Shown here: piece by piece, positions 26,014 to 35,472 of the stretch
Layout: each line of letters starts with the position of its first letter
Numbering within the stretch: position 1 is the first letter of the stretch
Origin: Bacteroidales bacterium
GTDB taxonomy: Bacteria; Bacteroidota; Bacteroidia; Bacteroidales; UBA3824
Length of the DNA stretch: 64,000 nt
Reading direction: 5' to 3'
Assembly (NCBI GenBank): GCA_017417315.1
Contig: JAFPZK010000068.1
Coordinates: 5,104-69,103 of the forward strand
The notes under the pieces: model-generated
Seen by the model: only the letters and a program-made list of their open reading frames with translations
Told to the model about the DNA's origin: nothing
The model's database searches: none
Program-made: the position numbers and the translations under genes

Positions 26014-27627
26014 ATGGAAACTCGCAGATACCCTGTTGACAAACAGACTTTTAGGAAAATAATAGAAGGCAACTTCGTCTATGTCGATAAGACAGACTTG
26101 GTCTATAAAATGACCCACGACTACGACTATGTATTCCTGTCAAGGCCTCGGCGTTTTGGCAAGTCGTTGCTGTGCAGCACGTTGAAGGAGTATTTCGACG
26201 GCAACAAAGATTTGTTCAAGGGGCTAAAAATTGATGCGTTGGAGAATGAATGGGTGAAGTATCCCGTGATTCATCTTGATTTCAGTTCGTGCAAAACCAC
26301 CGACTTGAAAGCCATAAAATTGTACCTTTCAAAAATGTTGGCTGACTACGAACATAAATATTCCCTGATTTCTGACAAGGAATACGAACAAGAACGAAAG
26401 GGCGCAAAAGAGACGGCAGATATTTCAAATGTCCGCTTGGGCAATATCGTTGAGGCGGCGTTCCAACAGACAGGACAGGAAGTGGTAGTCATTATCGACG
26501 AATATGACGCGATGATGCTCAACGCGATACACGACGACAATTTGCAAAACAAAATTCGCGAGCAACAGAACAACTTCTTTTCACCATTAAAAAAACTTGG
26601 CAGTTTTATCCGTTTTGTATTCATCACAGGCATCACAAAGTTTTCGCAGATGTCGATATTCTCGACGTTGAACAACTTGCAGGACATTTCATTGATGCCT
26701 GAATTTGAAACTATTTGCGGCATTTCGCACGACGAATTGTTGACTGTATTAAAGCCTGACATTCAGAACTTTGCCGACAAAAACGGTTATACATTTGAAC
26801 AGACTGTTGAGTATTTGAAGTTTAAATACGACGGCTACAATTTTTCGCCCGAAATGCGCAGTGTCTTCAATCCTTTTTCTGTAATCAAAGCAATGAACGA
26901 CAAGCAATTGAACGACTATTGGTTTAATTCGGGTACGCCGTCGTCATTGCTGAAACTTATCAGCAAGTTCAATATCCAAATGGAGGATTTTGAAGGCGTG
27001 GAATGTAGTTCGTCGCGTTTCAACCAACCTGTGGAAAAAGTCACCGACCTTGTGCCGTTTTTGTTTCAGGCGGGCTATTTGACAATAAAGGATTACAGGG
27101 CAGTAAATTACGGCATAGTCCCAACTTATATTTATACTTTGGGTTATCCTAACGACGAGGTGAGGGCGGCGTTGGCGGATTCGTTGTTCAAAAGTTTTTA
27201 CAAGGTGAACGACACTATGCCCCTGCGCAACGCCTATTTGGATTTTTATGTCAACGACGACATCGACAAGTTCATCAAGGCTTTGCAAAAGTTTTTCCGC
27301 AGGTTCCCGTTTTCGCTCAACAATATGAACGAAAAACATTATCATTCAATTCTTTATACTGTTCTGACCTCGTTCAGCGCGGACATTTCAGCCAATCAGG
27401 AGACTGCCCTCGGCAAGTCGGATTTGATTCTAAGGATGCCCAAGACGATTTACGTAATCGAACTCAAATACGACCGCAGCACTGATTCCGCCATTGACCA
27501 AATCGACGACCGCGACTATGTGTCCGCCGTTCTCGACACCAACAAGCGCATCATAAAACTCGTCATCAAATTCTCGTCAAAAGACAGGAATATCGAGAGT
27601 TACGAGGCGGTGGAAGAAAAGATATAA
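26014..27627 (+). CDS. AAA-ATPase_like (PF09820-type) + PD-(D/E)XK (PDDEXK_9-type) protein
   Basis: Carries FRKIIEGNFVYVDKTDLVYKM...FLSRPRRFGKSLL and a C-terminal GKSDLILR...VIELKYD nuclease-like motif. ATG 26014 (METRRYPV) is preferred over the longer track ORF. Confidence 0.8.
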   Translation: METRRYPVDKQTFRKIIEGNFVYVDKTDLVYKMTHDYDYVFLSRPRRFGKSLLCSTLKEYFDGNKDLFKGLKIDALENEWVKYPVIHLDFSSCKTTDLKAIKLYLSKMLADYEHKYSLISDKEYEQERKGAKETADISNVRLGNIVEAAFQQTGQEVVVIIDEYDAMMLNAIHDDNLQNKIREQQNNFFSPLKKLGSFIRFVFITGITKFSQMSIFSTLNNLQDISLMPEFETICGISHDELLTVLKPDIQNFADKNGYTFEQTVEYLKFKYDGYNFSPEMRSVFNPFSVIKAMNDKQLNDYWFNSGTPSSLLKLISKFNIQMEDFEGVECSSSRFNQPVEKVTDLVPFLFQAGYLTIKDYRAVNYGIVPTYIYTLGYPNDEVRAALADSLFKSFYKVNDTMPLRNAYLDFYVNDDIDKFIKALQKFFRRFPFSLNNMNEKHYHSILYTVLTSFSADISANQETALGKSDLILRMPKTIYVIELKYDRSTDSAIDQIDDRDYVSAVLDTNKRIIKLVIKFSSKDRNIESYEAVEEKI

Positions 27628-27654
27628 TATTTTCCAAAGACCTAAAAAAGCCTT

Positions 27655-27700
27655 ATTTTCAGCGGAAACTTTAAAAAATAATCGAATTTCCGCTGAAAAT
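27655..27700 (+). terminator. hairpin (14-bp stem attttcagcggaaa/tttccgctgaaaat, 18-nt loop), possible terminator
   Basis: Perfect inverted repeat 28 nt after the stop at 27627. The T-run is weak. Confidence 0.4.
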
Positions 27701-27714
27701 AGCGATATTTTTAT

Positions 27715-27722
27715 TATATTTG
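27715..27722 (+). promoter_or_regulatory. -7 box TAtaTTTG
   Basis: Lies 26 nt upstream of ATG 27748. Confidence 0.4.
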
Positions 27723-27747
27723 CAGCGGAAATCAACAAAATGTAATT

Positions 27748-29172
27748 ATGATAATAGGTCGTGAAAAAGAACAAAAAGAACTCCTCAACCTTCTTGAAAA
27801 AGAGGAATCGCAGTTTTGTGCTGTCTATGGCAGACGTCGCGTTGGCAAAACATACCTCATACGAGAAACGTTCAACTATCAATTCTGTTTTCAACACACA
27901 GGTATAGCCAACGGAACACTCCGCCAACAATTGACTTCGTTCCGCAACTCACTTTTGGCTTGCGGTATGAAGTGCGCCATACCCAAAAATTGGATTGAAG
28001 CCTTCGAATTGTTGAAGCAACATATCAACAACGCTCCTTCCGGTAAAAAAGTCATTTTTATTGACGAACTTCCGTGGATGGACACACCGAAAGGAAATTT
28101 GATTGGAGCATTGGAAAATTTTTGGAATGGTTGGGCGACTGCCCGCCGCGAAAAAGACATCGTGTTGATAGTATGCGGCAGCGTAACTTCTTGGATTAGC
28201 AAAAAAATCCTGAAAGACAAAGGCGGACTTCGCGGAAGAATTACGGGAAAGATTAAAATCGTACCATTCACACTTCGCGAATGTGAACTATTTTCAAAAT
28301 CCGCCAATCTTGCATTAAGCAGAAAAGACGTTTTGGAACTTTATATGATTCTCGGCGGCATTCCCTACTATTGGAGTTTTTTGAAAAAAGGACTGAGCGC
28401 AGCGCAAAACGTTGACCAATTGTTCTTTGCAGAGACTTCACCACTACGCGACGAGTTTGATGCCCTATATTCAGTTCTGTTTAAGCGTCCCGAAAACTAC
28501 TTAAAAGTAATAGAATCTCTTAGCGACGGCAAGAAGTCGGGCATCACAAGGGAACAATTGATTGCGGAATCTAAACTATCGGACGGCGGTACTTTCACCA
28601 CAATATTAGAAGAATTGGAAGAGTGCGGTTTTATCCGTCGGTACGCATCTGCCGACACTTCACAAAACAACGCCTTGTACCAATTGATTGACAACTTCAC
28701 CTTGTTTTATTATCTCTGTATTCAAAAAAATGCTTTCAGCGACGAGCATTATTGGACAAACACATACACATCGTCATCGCACAACGTATGGAAGGGGCTT
28801 GCCTTTGAACGTGTATGTCTGCAACACATTCCGCAAATTAAAAACGCTCTCGGTATTTCCGGTGTACAGACCAACGTTTGTTCGTGGTTTGCTCGCGGCA
28901 CAGATAAACGCAAAGGGGCTCAGATAGACCTTGTGATGCAACGCGCCGACGGCTTTACCGACATATTCGAGATGAAACACTCTACACAGCCCTTTGCCAT
29001 CGGCTCTGACTATGCCAACAATCTGCAAAACAAACTCATCGCATACCAGCAACTGTCGAAAGACAAGCGCACGCTCCACCTTGTTTTGATAACGACCAAC
29101 GGTGTGGTTCACAACAACAATTTCAACATAATTCAACGCGAAATAACAATTGACGATTTGTTTGCAGTATAA
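27748..29172 (+). CDS. ATPase of the archaeal-ATPase (PF01637-like) + DUF234 type
   Basis: GREKEQKELLNLL...CAVYGRRRVGKTYLI P-loop and Walker B IFIDELPWM, 474 aa. Confidence 0.75.
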   Translation: MIIGREKEQKELLNLLEKEESQFCAVYGRRRVGKTYLIRETFNYQFCFQHTGIANGTLRQQLTSFRNSLLACGMKCAIPKNWIEAFELLKQHINNAPSGKKVIFIDELPWMDTPKGNLIGALENFWNGWATARREKDIVLIVCGSVTSWISKKILKDKGGLRGRITGKIKIVPFTLRECELFSKSANLALSRKDVLELYMILGGIPYYWSFLKKGLSAAQNVDQLFFAETSPLRDEFDALYSVLFKRPENYLKVIESLSDGKKSGITREQLIAESKLSDGGTFTTILEELEECGFIRRYASADTSQNNALYQLIDNFTLFYYLCIQKNAFSDEHYWTNTYTSSSHNVWKGLAFERVCLQHIPQIKNALGISGVQTNVCSWFARGTDKRKGAQIDLVMQRADGFTDIFEMKHSTQPFAIGSDYANNLQNKLIAYQQLSKDKRTLHLVLITTNGVVHNNNFNIIQREITIDDLFAV

Positions 29173-29184
29173 ATAACTTGGATA

Positions 29185-29289
29185 TTCGCCGTCCTCGACA
29201 CCAATAAGCACATCGTAAAACTCGCCATCAAATTCTCGTCAAAGGACAGAAACATCGAGAGTTACGAGGTGGTGGAGGAGAAGTTGTAA
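29185..29289 (+). pseudogene. 3'-terminal stub of a second PF09820/PDDEXK_9-type gene
   Basis: Reads FAVLDTNKHIVKLAIKFSSKDRNIESYEVVEEKL*, versus SAVLDTNKRIIKLVIKFSSKDRNIESYEAVEEKI* at 27526-27627. Identity is about 87% over 102 nt by hand count. Confidence 0.75.
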
Positions 29290-29303
29290 TTACTAAATTT
29301 CTA

Positions 29304-29353
29304 CAAAGTTTCGGGCTAAATCGTGTTTTTAGCCCGAAACTTTGCATTTTTTT
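29304..29353 (+). terminator. rho-independent terminator
   Basis: Stem caaagtttcgggctaaa / ttagcccgaaactttg followed by cattttttt. The same stem sequence recurs at 15697-15760. Confidence 0.65.
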
Positions 29354-29425
29354 GGAATGATTATGTCGATTACGTTTTCGGGAAAGGTAATGATAATTGT
29401 TTAATCGACAACAATTGCAAATCAA

Positions 29426-30448
29426 TCATTCAAGCAATTTATCAAGTTGAGCCTGCAATTCCTCTCGTTTCGGTAAGTACAACTGATAACGTGCTGCAAA
29501 TAGTTGGTTTGTAATGCCTTGCAATGCGTATTCCATAAGAAGTTCGTCCTTTTTCGCACCCAAAACAATACCAATAGGCGGATTGTCGTCAGGAAAACAG
29601 ACCTCGGTTTTGAAATAGTTGAGGTAAAGGTTCATTTGACCGATGTCGCCGTGTTTGATTTCGGCACGTTTCAAGTCTATCAAAATGTAACATTTTAATA
29701 TACAGTGATAAAACACCAAATCTACCTTGAAACGTCGGCTTCCAATTGGTATCATATACTGCCGTCCTACAAAAGCGAAACCACGTCCGAGTTCCAACAA
29801 AAATGTCTCCATATTGGCTTTTAAAGCGGCTTCAAGTTCGCCCTCCTTGTATCTCTTTTTTGGGGGCAAGCCTGTAAATTCCAAGACGTATGGGTCGTGA
29901 ATGATGTCCTGAGCCGTCATAATTTGATGACCTTCGTTTGCCAAAGCGAGAACACCTTCCTTGTCGGCACTTAGTGCAAGTCGCTGAAACAAAGAACTTT
30001 TGATTTGTCGTTTCAAATCACGGACTTTCCATCCTTCTTTTATCGCTTCTTTGTAATAGAATTGAAATTCCAAAGGGTCGTCGCATTTCAACAACTCAAA
30101 ATAATGACTCCACGTCAATTTGTGAGACAGTGTCTCACATTTTGGAAACGCCAAGTAAAGTTTGCGCATATACGTAAGGTTTGAACGGCTGAATCCCTTT
30201 CCTTGCCTGATTGTCAGATCCTTAGACAATTTCACAAGAAGTTGTGCGCCGTATTGCGCTCTTGCTGCACCGCCTTGTTCAAACTCAACGATATAACGTC
30301 CCGTCTCCCAATTTGCCATCAATAGTTCTGTATTGACACTCAATGCAGCGTTTTCTTTTGCACGTGTCCACAATTCCGAAATATTGTCAAGCAATTGAGC
30401 GTATTCGGTGCCGGTTTCCAATGGTAGTATATTGATTTCTGATGTCAT
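29426..30448 (-). CDS. YhcG/DUF1016-type PD-(D/E)XK nuclease domain protein
   Basis: 340 aa. The N-terminal helical block NWETGRYIVEFEQGG...YGAQLLVKLSKDL...GFSRSNLTYMRKLYLAFP is typical of DUF1016. The C-terminal motif is D-x(n)-DLK. Confidence 0.8.
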   Translation of the reverse strand: MTSEINILPLETGTEYAQLLDNISELWTRAKENAALSVNTELLMANWETGRYIVEFEQGGAARAQYGAQLLVKLSKDLTIRQGKGFSRSNLTYMRKLYLAFPKCETLSHKLTWSHYFELLKCDDPLEFQFYYKEAIKEGWKVRDLKRQIKSSLFQRLALSADKEGVLALANEGHQIMTAQDIIHDPYVLEFTGLPPKKRYKEGELEAALKANMETFLLELGRGFAFVGRQYMIPIGSRRFKVDLVFYHCILKCYILIDLKRAEIKHGDIGQMNLYLNYFKTEVCFPDDNPPIGIVLGAKKDELLMEYALQGITNQLFAARYQLYLPKREELQAQLDKLLE

Positions 30449-30517
30449 AATGTTTTAATATTTTATTTCGCATAATGTCTATGCTTCTTTTTATTATGCC
30501 TCTACCCGCATATTTAT

Positions 30518-32086
30518 TCATTCATGAGTTTTTCTACTTTGTTTTATAAATTCAAGGTATTCATTTCTCACCGCCAAAACTAATGCTGCGTGTGTTCGAT
30601 TATATGTTAATATGCAAGCATAAATATTTTCATTCTCTTGGTAGTCCAAGTCTTGTTTATCCGTCGCATTATAGTCCTCACGAAAGGGTTGTAAACAATA
30701 AGTTAATATATCAGGATGACCTGAGTGTTTTAAATTAAAATTTGCTTTGAGATAACCAATAATACTCATAGTACTTTTGCTCCAATCGGTTTCGTCCATA
30801 TTTACAAATAGCGAATAATTATCAGGCAATGGTATTCCATACTGATGATAAAACAAGCCTTTGAAATTTTTTTTATGAAAATCTTCAATTGGCTGTTGGC
30901 TAAATTCAACACCTGAGATATTGCCAAACGTATCATACCAAACTCTACTAAAACCACTAGCGTTAATTATTGATTTCACGGACTTGTCTGTTATTATTGA
31001 ATTTTCATTACTCGTTACAGAGTTTGGAATTGTAATTCGTTGCAACGCTTCACAGTACTCAAAAGCCTGTTTTTCAATACTCATTACTGAATTGGGAATA
31101 GTAATTTCTTGTAAAGATCTATTAGTTAGGAAGACATCAAATGCCCAATCGCAAATCACTTTTGTCCCATTCTTTACAATATAAATTGTTAAATCTTTAT
31201 TACACTTCAATAATCTTTTCCCATCCCTACTATACACCACACCAAATTCATCTTCCACTCCATTCGCAATATCCTCTTCCGTTACCTCCGTTGACAAATC
31301 CTCCTCCATTTCTCCAAACGAAAAGCACCTAATATGCGCCGTCCAAGGTTTGTCGGGATTCAATTCGTATTTTTGGCATACCTTGTAAATTTGGTCTGTG
31401 GGGGCGGGGTCAAAAAAGAAATCTACAAACTGATCCAGCCAACAACCTTCTACCAGCGGTTCTACACACGCAAACTGATTGTATCCTTTTAGGTTGTCGC
31501 TTATTACTTGATAAAAATTGCCTATATCAAAAAGATTATTTTCAAATACATTCAACAAGATATGAAGAGTGGGTGTATCTTCTCCACAAATGATGTCGTC
31601 GTTTGATAAGTCCTCAATTTCTTTATTGACGGTAACAATCTCTGCATCAGGCAAAAACGTTGAAGTATGCAATGCAGCACGTTTCAGACAGATTTCTGAC
31701 GGCTCTATCAGGGTTACTTTTTTTATTTTTTGAGCAATTCCCTTTTGAGAAAGGAAATCTGCATAACACATAGTTCCAATTGCTTGACCACAACCGTAAT
31801 CAATTATGTTGATTTCTGGTTGGTCAAAAAATATTGTTGGAATATGACTAAATGCTACATTGAGTTTTGCTTGGTGCATTTTGCCAAAAGAATACAGATA
31901 CACCAACATTTTCGGCTCTGAATCTATCTTACCAACACCGCGTTCAAGTTGCGAATAAATATCGTCAACAAGTTCTTTCGGCAGGTCGTCGATGAACCGT
32001 TTCGCAAAATCCCTTACCTTGTCAAACGTCGGATTGTCAAGGTATTTGAGTTTGTATGAATATGTTGTTGTCTGTTCGATTAGCAT
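30518..32086 (-). CDS. multidomain protein: Rossmann SAM-methyltransferase-like N-domain + BspA-type leucine-rich repeats + unknown C-domain
   Basis: Motif-I-like INIIDYGCGQAIGTM followed by VTLIEPSE. The LRR_5-like pair is ITIPNSVMSIEKQAFEYCEALQRITIPNSVTS. There is no signal peptide. Confidence 0.45.
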   Translation of the reverse strand: MLIEQTTTYSYKLKYLDNPTFDKVRDFAKRFIDDLPKELVDDIYSQLERGVGKIDSEPKMLVYLYSFGKMHQAKLNVAFSHIPTIFFDQPEINIIDYGCGQAIGTMCYADFLSQKGIAQKIKKVTLIEPSEICLKRAALHTSTFLPDAEIVTVNKEIEDLSNDDIICGEDTPTLHILLNVFENNLFDIGNFYQVISDNLKGYNQFACVEPLVEGCWLDQFVDFFFDPAPTDQIYKVCQKYELNPDKPWTAHIRCFSFGEMEEDLSTEVTEEDIANGVEDEFGVVYSRDGKRLLKCNKDLTIYIVKNGTKVICDWAFDVFLTNRSLQEITIPNSVMSIEKQAFEYCEALQRITIPNSVTSNENSIITDKSVKSIINASGFSRVWYDTFGNISGVEFSQQPIEDFHKKNFKGLFYHQYGIPLPDNYSLFVNMDETDWSKSTMSIIGYLKANFNLKHSGHPDILTYCLQPFREDYNATDKQDLDYQENENIYACILTYNRTHAALVLAVRNEYLEFIKQSRKTHE

Positions 32087-32303
32087 AATAGATTTTTAAG
32101 CCACATTTCAAATGCAAAGTTAAAAATCTTTTTTACAAAAGATAGATTTTTTCCCGAAAAATATTTTACCTCTGCCCTCGGGCAAAAAACACCGTTTAAA
32201 ACTGCGGTAAGTGGCAAAAAATGTCGTTCGCCGCAAAATAAAAGGGGTAATTTGAATCGCATAATTATCCAACTTTAAAGTATTGATTTTCGCAAAATAT
32301 TTC

Positions 32304-32311
32304 TATATTTG
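32304..32311 (+). promoter_or_regulatory. -7 box TAtaTTTG
   Basis: Lies 23 nt upstream of ATG 32334. Confidence 0.4.
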
Positions 32312-32333
32312 CCGATTATAAAAAACTATCGTT

Positions 32334-33779
32334 ATGGCAGTATCAAAAAAAATCATAGACTTAACTACCCTCGCATTGAAAGACCGCGTTCTAACACTCA
32401 AAGAACGTCAGGTTATCGTCAATGCAGCCTTGAACGAGGGTACATCGGAAAAGGAAGTTAATATGTTCTTAGACAATATGTTAACCCAACGCCTGAAAAG
32501 TTTCACCAAAGAAGAACTTTGCTCTTGCCCTACGTGTGGACACGGTGTGCCGCTCATCGCTGACGAATGTCCGTATTGCGGAACTCTGCTCGAACACCAA
32601 GAACCTGACCGTCAAAGCCCGCCGAAATACAAAATCACAAACCAAGAAGCCGCCGAAATTGAAAGCGAAAACATTCGCACCGCCGAAGAAAAAAAACATT
32701 CTTGCCCCAAATGCGGCGCACCGTATCCCCTTATCAGTAATATTTGCGGATATTGCGGATATGTTTTGCACGAGGTCTCAGAATCGGATTTAAACATTAA
32801 AAACTTGATAGCCAACATTCAAGCAAGCATTGCAAGATTAAAGTCAGCACCGAAACCGACCTTCTTAGACGTGGTAAAGTTTCGTCTACAAGTTGTTTTG
32901 ATTTTGACGGCGGCGTTGTTGTTGGTGCTGGCGTTTACACATTCGTCTTTGACGTTAGCGGGTTGGTCGGGAATGTTGTTGATAGCGGCAATAGTCGCGC
33001 TGTTTATCACCAAAAAGGAAGATTCGCCCGTTACAAAAGCCGACAACGCTTATTACGACGCACTTTACACGCACGAAATGTTTACGCGAACCGTCAACAG
33101 CATTTACGGCGAAAATGCCGAGGCTCGTCAACTCCTTGAAAATTACGCCAAAACAATCAGCGAGATTAAACAAACCAAAGATTCAAACCGAAAAAAACTT
33201 GTCGTTACTTTTATCGCACTGATTTTAGCCGGTGTAATCTCGCCGTTTGTAGGTTTTAGTCCCGAAAAAAAATACAAGGACAACCGCGCAGAATATGCCG
33301 AAATTTATAAAATGTCAGAATGGCACAAAACCGTTTCGCCTGACAAAAATTCGCCTATTGACGATATTTTTTCGCCTTACTTCAAGTGCGAAGGCAGAGG
33401 CGTTGTCAGCATTGACGTTGAAAACGATTTAGGCGACCCAAATAGTTTTTATCTCCTTACTGACGAGCGGAATTACCGCCTGAGAATCAGCGGAATAAGA
33501 CTTGTTTCAACGGGAAAACAACTCACGAAAGCCGACACTTCACGCATTGCGCTCCGCCTGAAAGACAAGGACGGCAAAATTTTGGAAACGGGACTCAAAA
33601 CCATCGCGTTAGAACCGGTGGATTACGACGAAAAATGCGACGATAATTTATTTTCTGTTTTGGAGCGCGGTGAGGGTAGTTATTACGCTGATTTCGTGTC
33701 GAAAGAATATTGTCAAGACATTATGGGGCTTCATGAAATTGCCGCTCAGATTGAAAGTTTTATGATTGTTAACGAATAA
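32334..33779 (+). CDS. membrane protein with two cytoplasmic zinc ribbons
   Basis: CPTCGHGVPLIADECPYCG and CPKCGAPYPLISNICGYCG, then three predicted TM helices and a ~160-aa C-terminal domain. Confidence 0.5.
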   Translation: MAVSKKIIDLTTLALKDRVLTLKERQVIVNAALNEGTSEKEVNMFLDNMLTQRLKSFTKEELCSCPTCGHGVPLIADECPYCGTLLEHQEPDRQSPPKYKITNQEAAEIESENIRTAEEKKHSCPKCGAPYPLISNICGYCGYVLHEVSESDLNIKNLIANIQASIARLKSAPKPTFLDVVKFRLQVVLILTAALLLVLAFTHSSLTLAGWSGMLLIAAIVALFITKKEDSPVTKADNAYYDALYTHEMFTRTVNSIYGENAEARQLLENYAKTISEIKQTKDSNRKKLVVTFIALILAGVISPFVGFSPEKKYKDNRAEYAEIYKMSEWHKTVSPDKNSPIDDIFSPYFKCEGRGVVSIDVENDLGDPNSFYLLTDERNYRLRISGIRLVSTGKQLTKADTSRIALRLKDKDGKILETGLKTIALEPVDYDEKCDDNLFSVLERGEGSYYADFVSKEYCQDIMGLHEIAAQIESFMIVNE

Positions 33780-33791
33780 TTTTTTCTTGCT

Positions 33792-34733
33792 ATGAACTCT
33801 AATAAAACATATTTTCAGCAAATCAGCCTTCAAATGGAGAATTTGCTCAAAAACTACAAAAATCAATATCCGCGAAATTTAGGCGCGTTGGTAAGAAACG
33901 GTTTTCCGCTGATGATGTTGGTAGTTGCAGCGATAGTTTTGCCAATCACAACAGCCTTTTATACAGCCACTTCGGGTGATTTTATGCTGTTTATCGCGAT
34001 GATTTTTATAATTCCCGTGCTGTTTGTTTTCAGCATTGTGTTGATGGGTGTCAACAAAAAGGAAAAAGTTATTGACAAAGACCTGACGAATAAAATTTCG
34101 GCGGTGAAAAACAGCGTTGAGCCATACAAAGATTACTCCGACATTGCAAAATATCTCGACGGTTACAACAATCAACTCGCTGAAACTGAGAAACAAAAGA
34201 AGCAATTCAAGGCGAAATACCGCACGATATTTTTGGTATTTTTGCTTTTGGTGACGTTGTATTCTGTTGAAAGATTTTGGTGGATAAAGCATTTTGATTC
34301 GTGTACCAATCATTCATTTTCCGGCACGACAGAAATTCTCGGTCTTGAAAAAGACGTTCCTTTTTTAACGTTATCACCTTTAAAGACAGATATTTGCAGC
34401 GGTTATAAAGTTACGACGGACCAAGCGGAGATTTTCTTTCAAGACGATTGGTTAGTGTTAAGAGAAATGGACATTTCAGGTGCGAAAGAGGGAGATGTTT
34501 TTCGATTGATAATTTGCGACAAAGCGGGCAATCCTACGCCGATTTGTGTAAAATTTGTGTTCAAAGTCTCTGAAAATAAGGCAGTAAACTCCAATCATAT
34601 ATGCAGCAAATTAGTCGGCGGAGACACCGATGACAAATCTTACATCACCAACGATTTTAAAATCCTCGAACTTGCCCGCTATCTCATAGCGAACAAAGAC
34701 GATTTGAGATTTTTGGTGGAGAAGATAAGGTAA
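33792..34733 (+). CDS. membrane protein, unknown function
   Basis: 313 aa with the same 2 TM - helical linker - 1 TM - C-domain layout as the upstream gene. The gap between the two genes is 12 bp. Confidence 0.45.
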   Translation: MNSNKTYFQQISLQMENLLKNYKNQYPRNLGALVRNGFPLMMLVVAAIVLPITTAFYTATSGDFMLFIAMIFIIPVLFVFSIVLMGVNKKEKVIDKDLTNKISAVKNSVEPYKDYSDIAKYLDGYNNQLAETEKQKKQFKAKYRTIFLVFLLLVTLYSVERFWWIKHFDSCTNHSFSGTTEILGLEKDVPFLTLSPLKTDICSGYKVTTDQAEIFFQDDWLVLREMDISGAKEGDVFRLIICDKAGNPTPICVKFVFKVSENKAVNSNHICSKLVGGDTDDKSYITNDFKILELARYLIANKDDLRFLVEKIR

Positions 34734-34757
34734 AAAAGTTTGTAAATTTGTCCCATT

Positions 34758-35456
34758 ATGGCGCAGTGGCAAAAGATTAAAATACAAAGAGAAAACGACG
34801 AAATCGTTGATGCACAAGCCCCGCTAATAATTTCGGCGAGCCGCAGCACCGACATTCTAAACGACTATGTTGCAGAAGTTTTGGAGGAAAGAGTACCACC
34901 GCTTGACGACCGTATTCTTACATTCAAAAATTTGGTGGATTCACTTGGCAAAGGACGTGTTGTTTGGCGTTTTGACCCTCTGATTTTGACTGATAAAATC
35001 ACCGTTGACGATTTGTTGCGCAAGGTCGAAAACATCGGCTACCAATTGTTTGGCTATACCGAAAAACTTGTTTTTAGTTTTGCCGACATTGCGCTCTATA
35101 AAAAGGTAAAATCCAACCTTGAAAAAAATAATATCAATTATTCGGAATGGACAGAAAATCAGATGATTGATTTTGCCAAAAGGCTCTCCGAACTCAACAA
35201 AAAATTGAATTTTCAACTTGCCACCTGTGGCGAAAAAATTGACATTTCGCAATTTGGCATCCAACACAATAAATGCGTTGACGACGATTTGATGATAAGG
35301 TTTGCGAAAAACGACATAGTTTTGATGGATTATCTTGGTGTTGAGATAGTTAACTCGCTATTCGACGGTGAAAAAATCATCAAGAAAAAAGACAACTACG
35401 ACAAGTATTTTTTTCTGCAATCGAAAAATAAATTCTATATTTGCACCGTATCTTAG
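34758..35456 (+). pseudogene. degraded DUF1848-like gene
   Basis: Keeps LIISASRSTDI, RVVWRFDPLIL and NKCVDDDLM blocks as I remember them for DUF1848. It lacks ~100 aa after STDI and the C-terminal Cys cluster. The tail overlaps the next gene's upstream region. Confidence 0.5.
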
Positions 35457-35472
35457 ACAATTTTTGAAAATT

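Noticed and set aside
29228-29425. A 65-aa minus-strand ORF between the PDDEXK_9 stub and the DUF1016 gene.
   Set aside because: It overlaps the stub and its terminator, has a Cys/Arg/Asn-rich composition, and has no start context.
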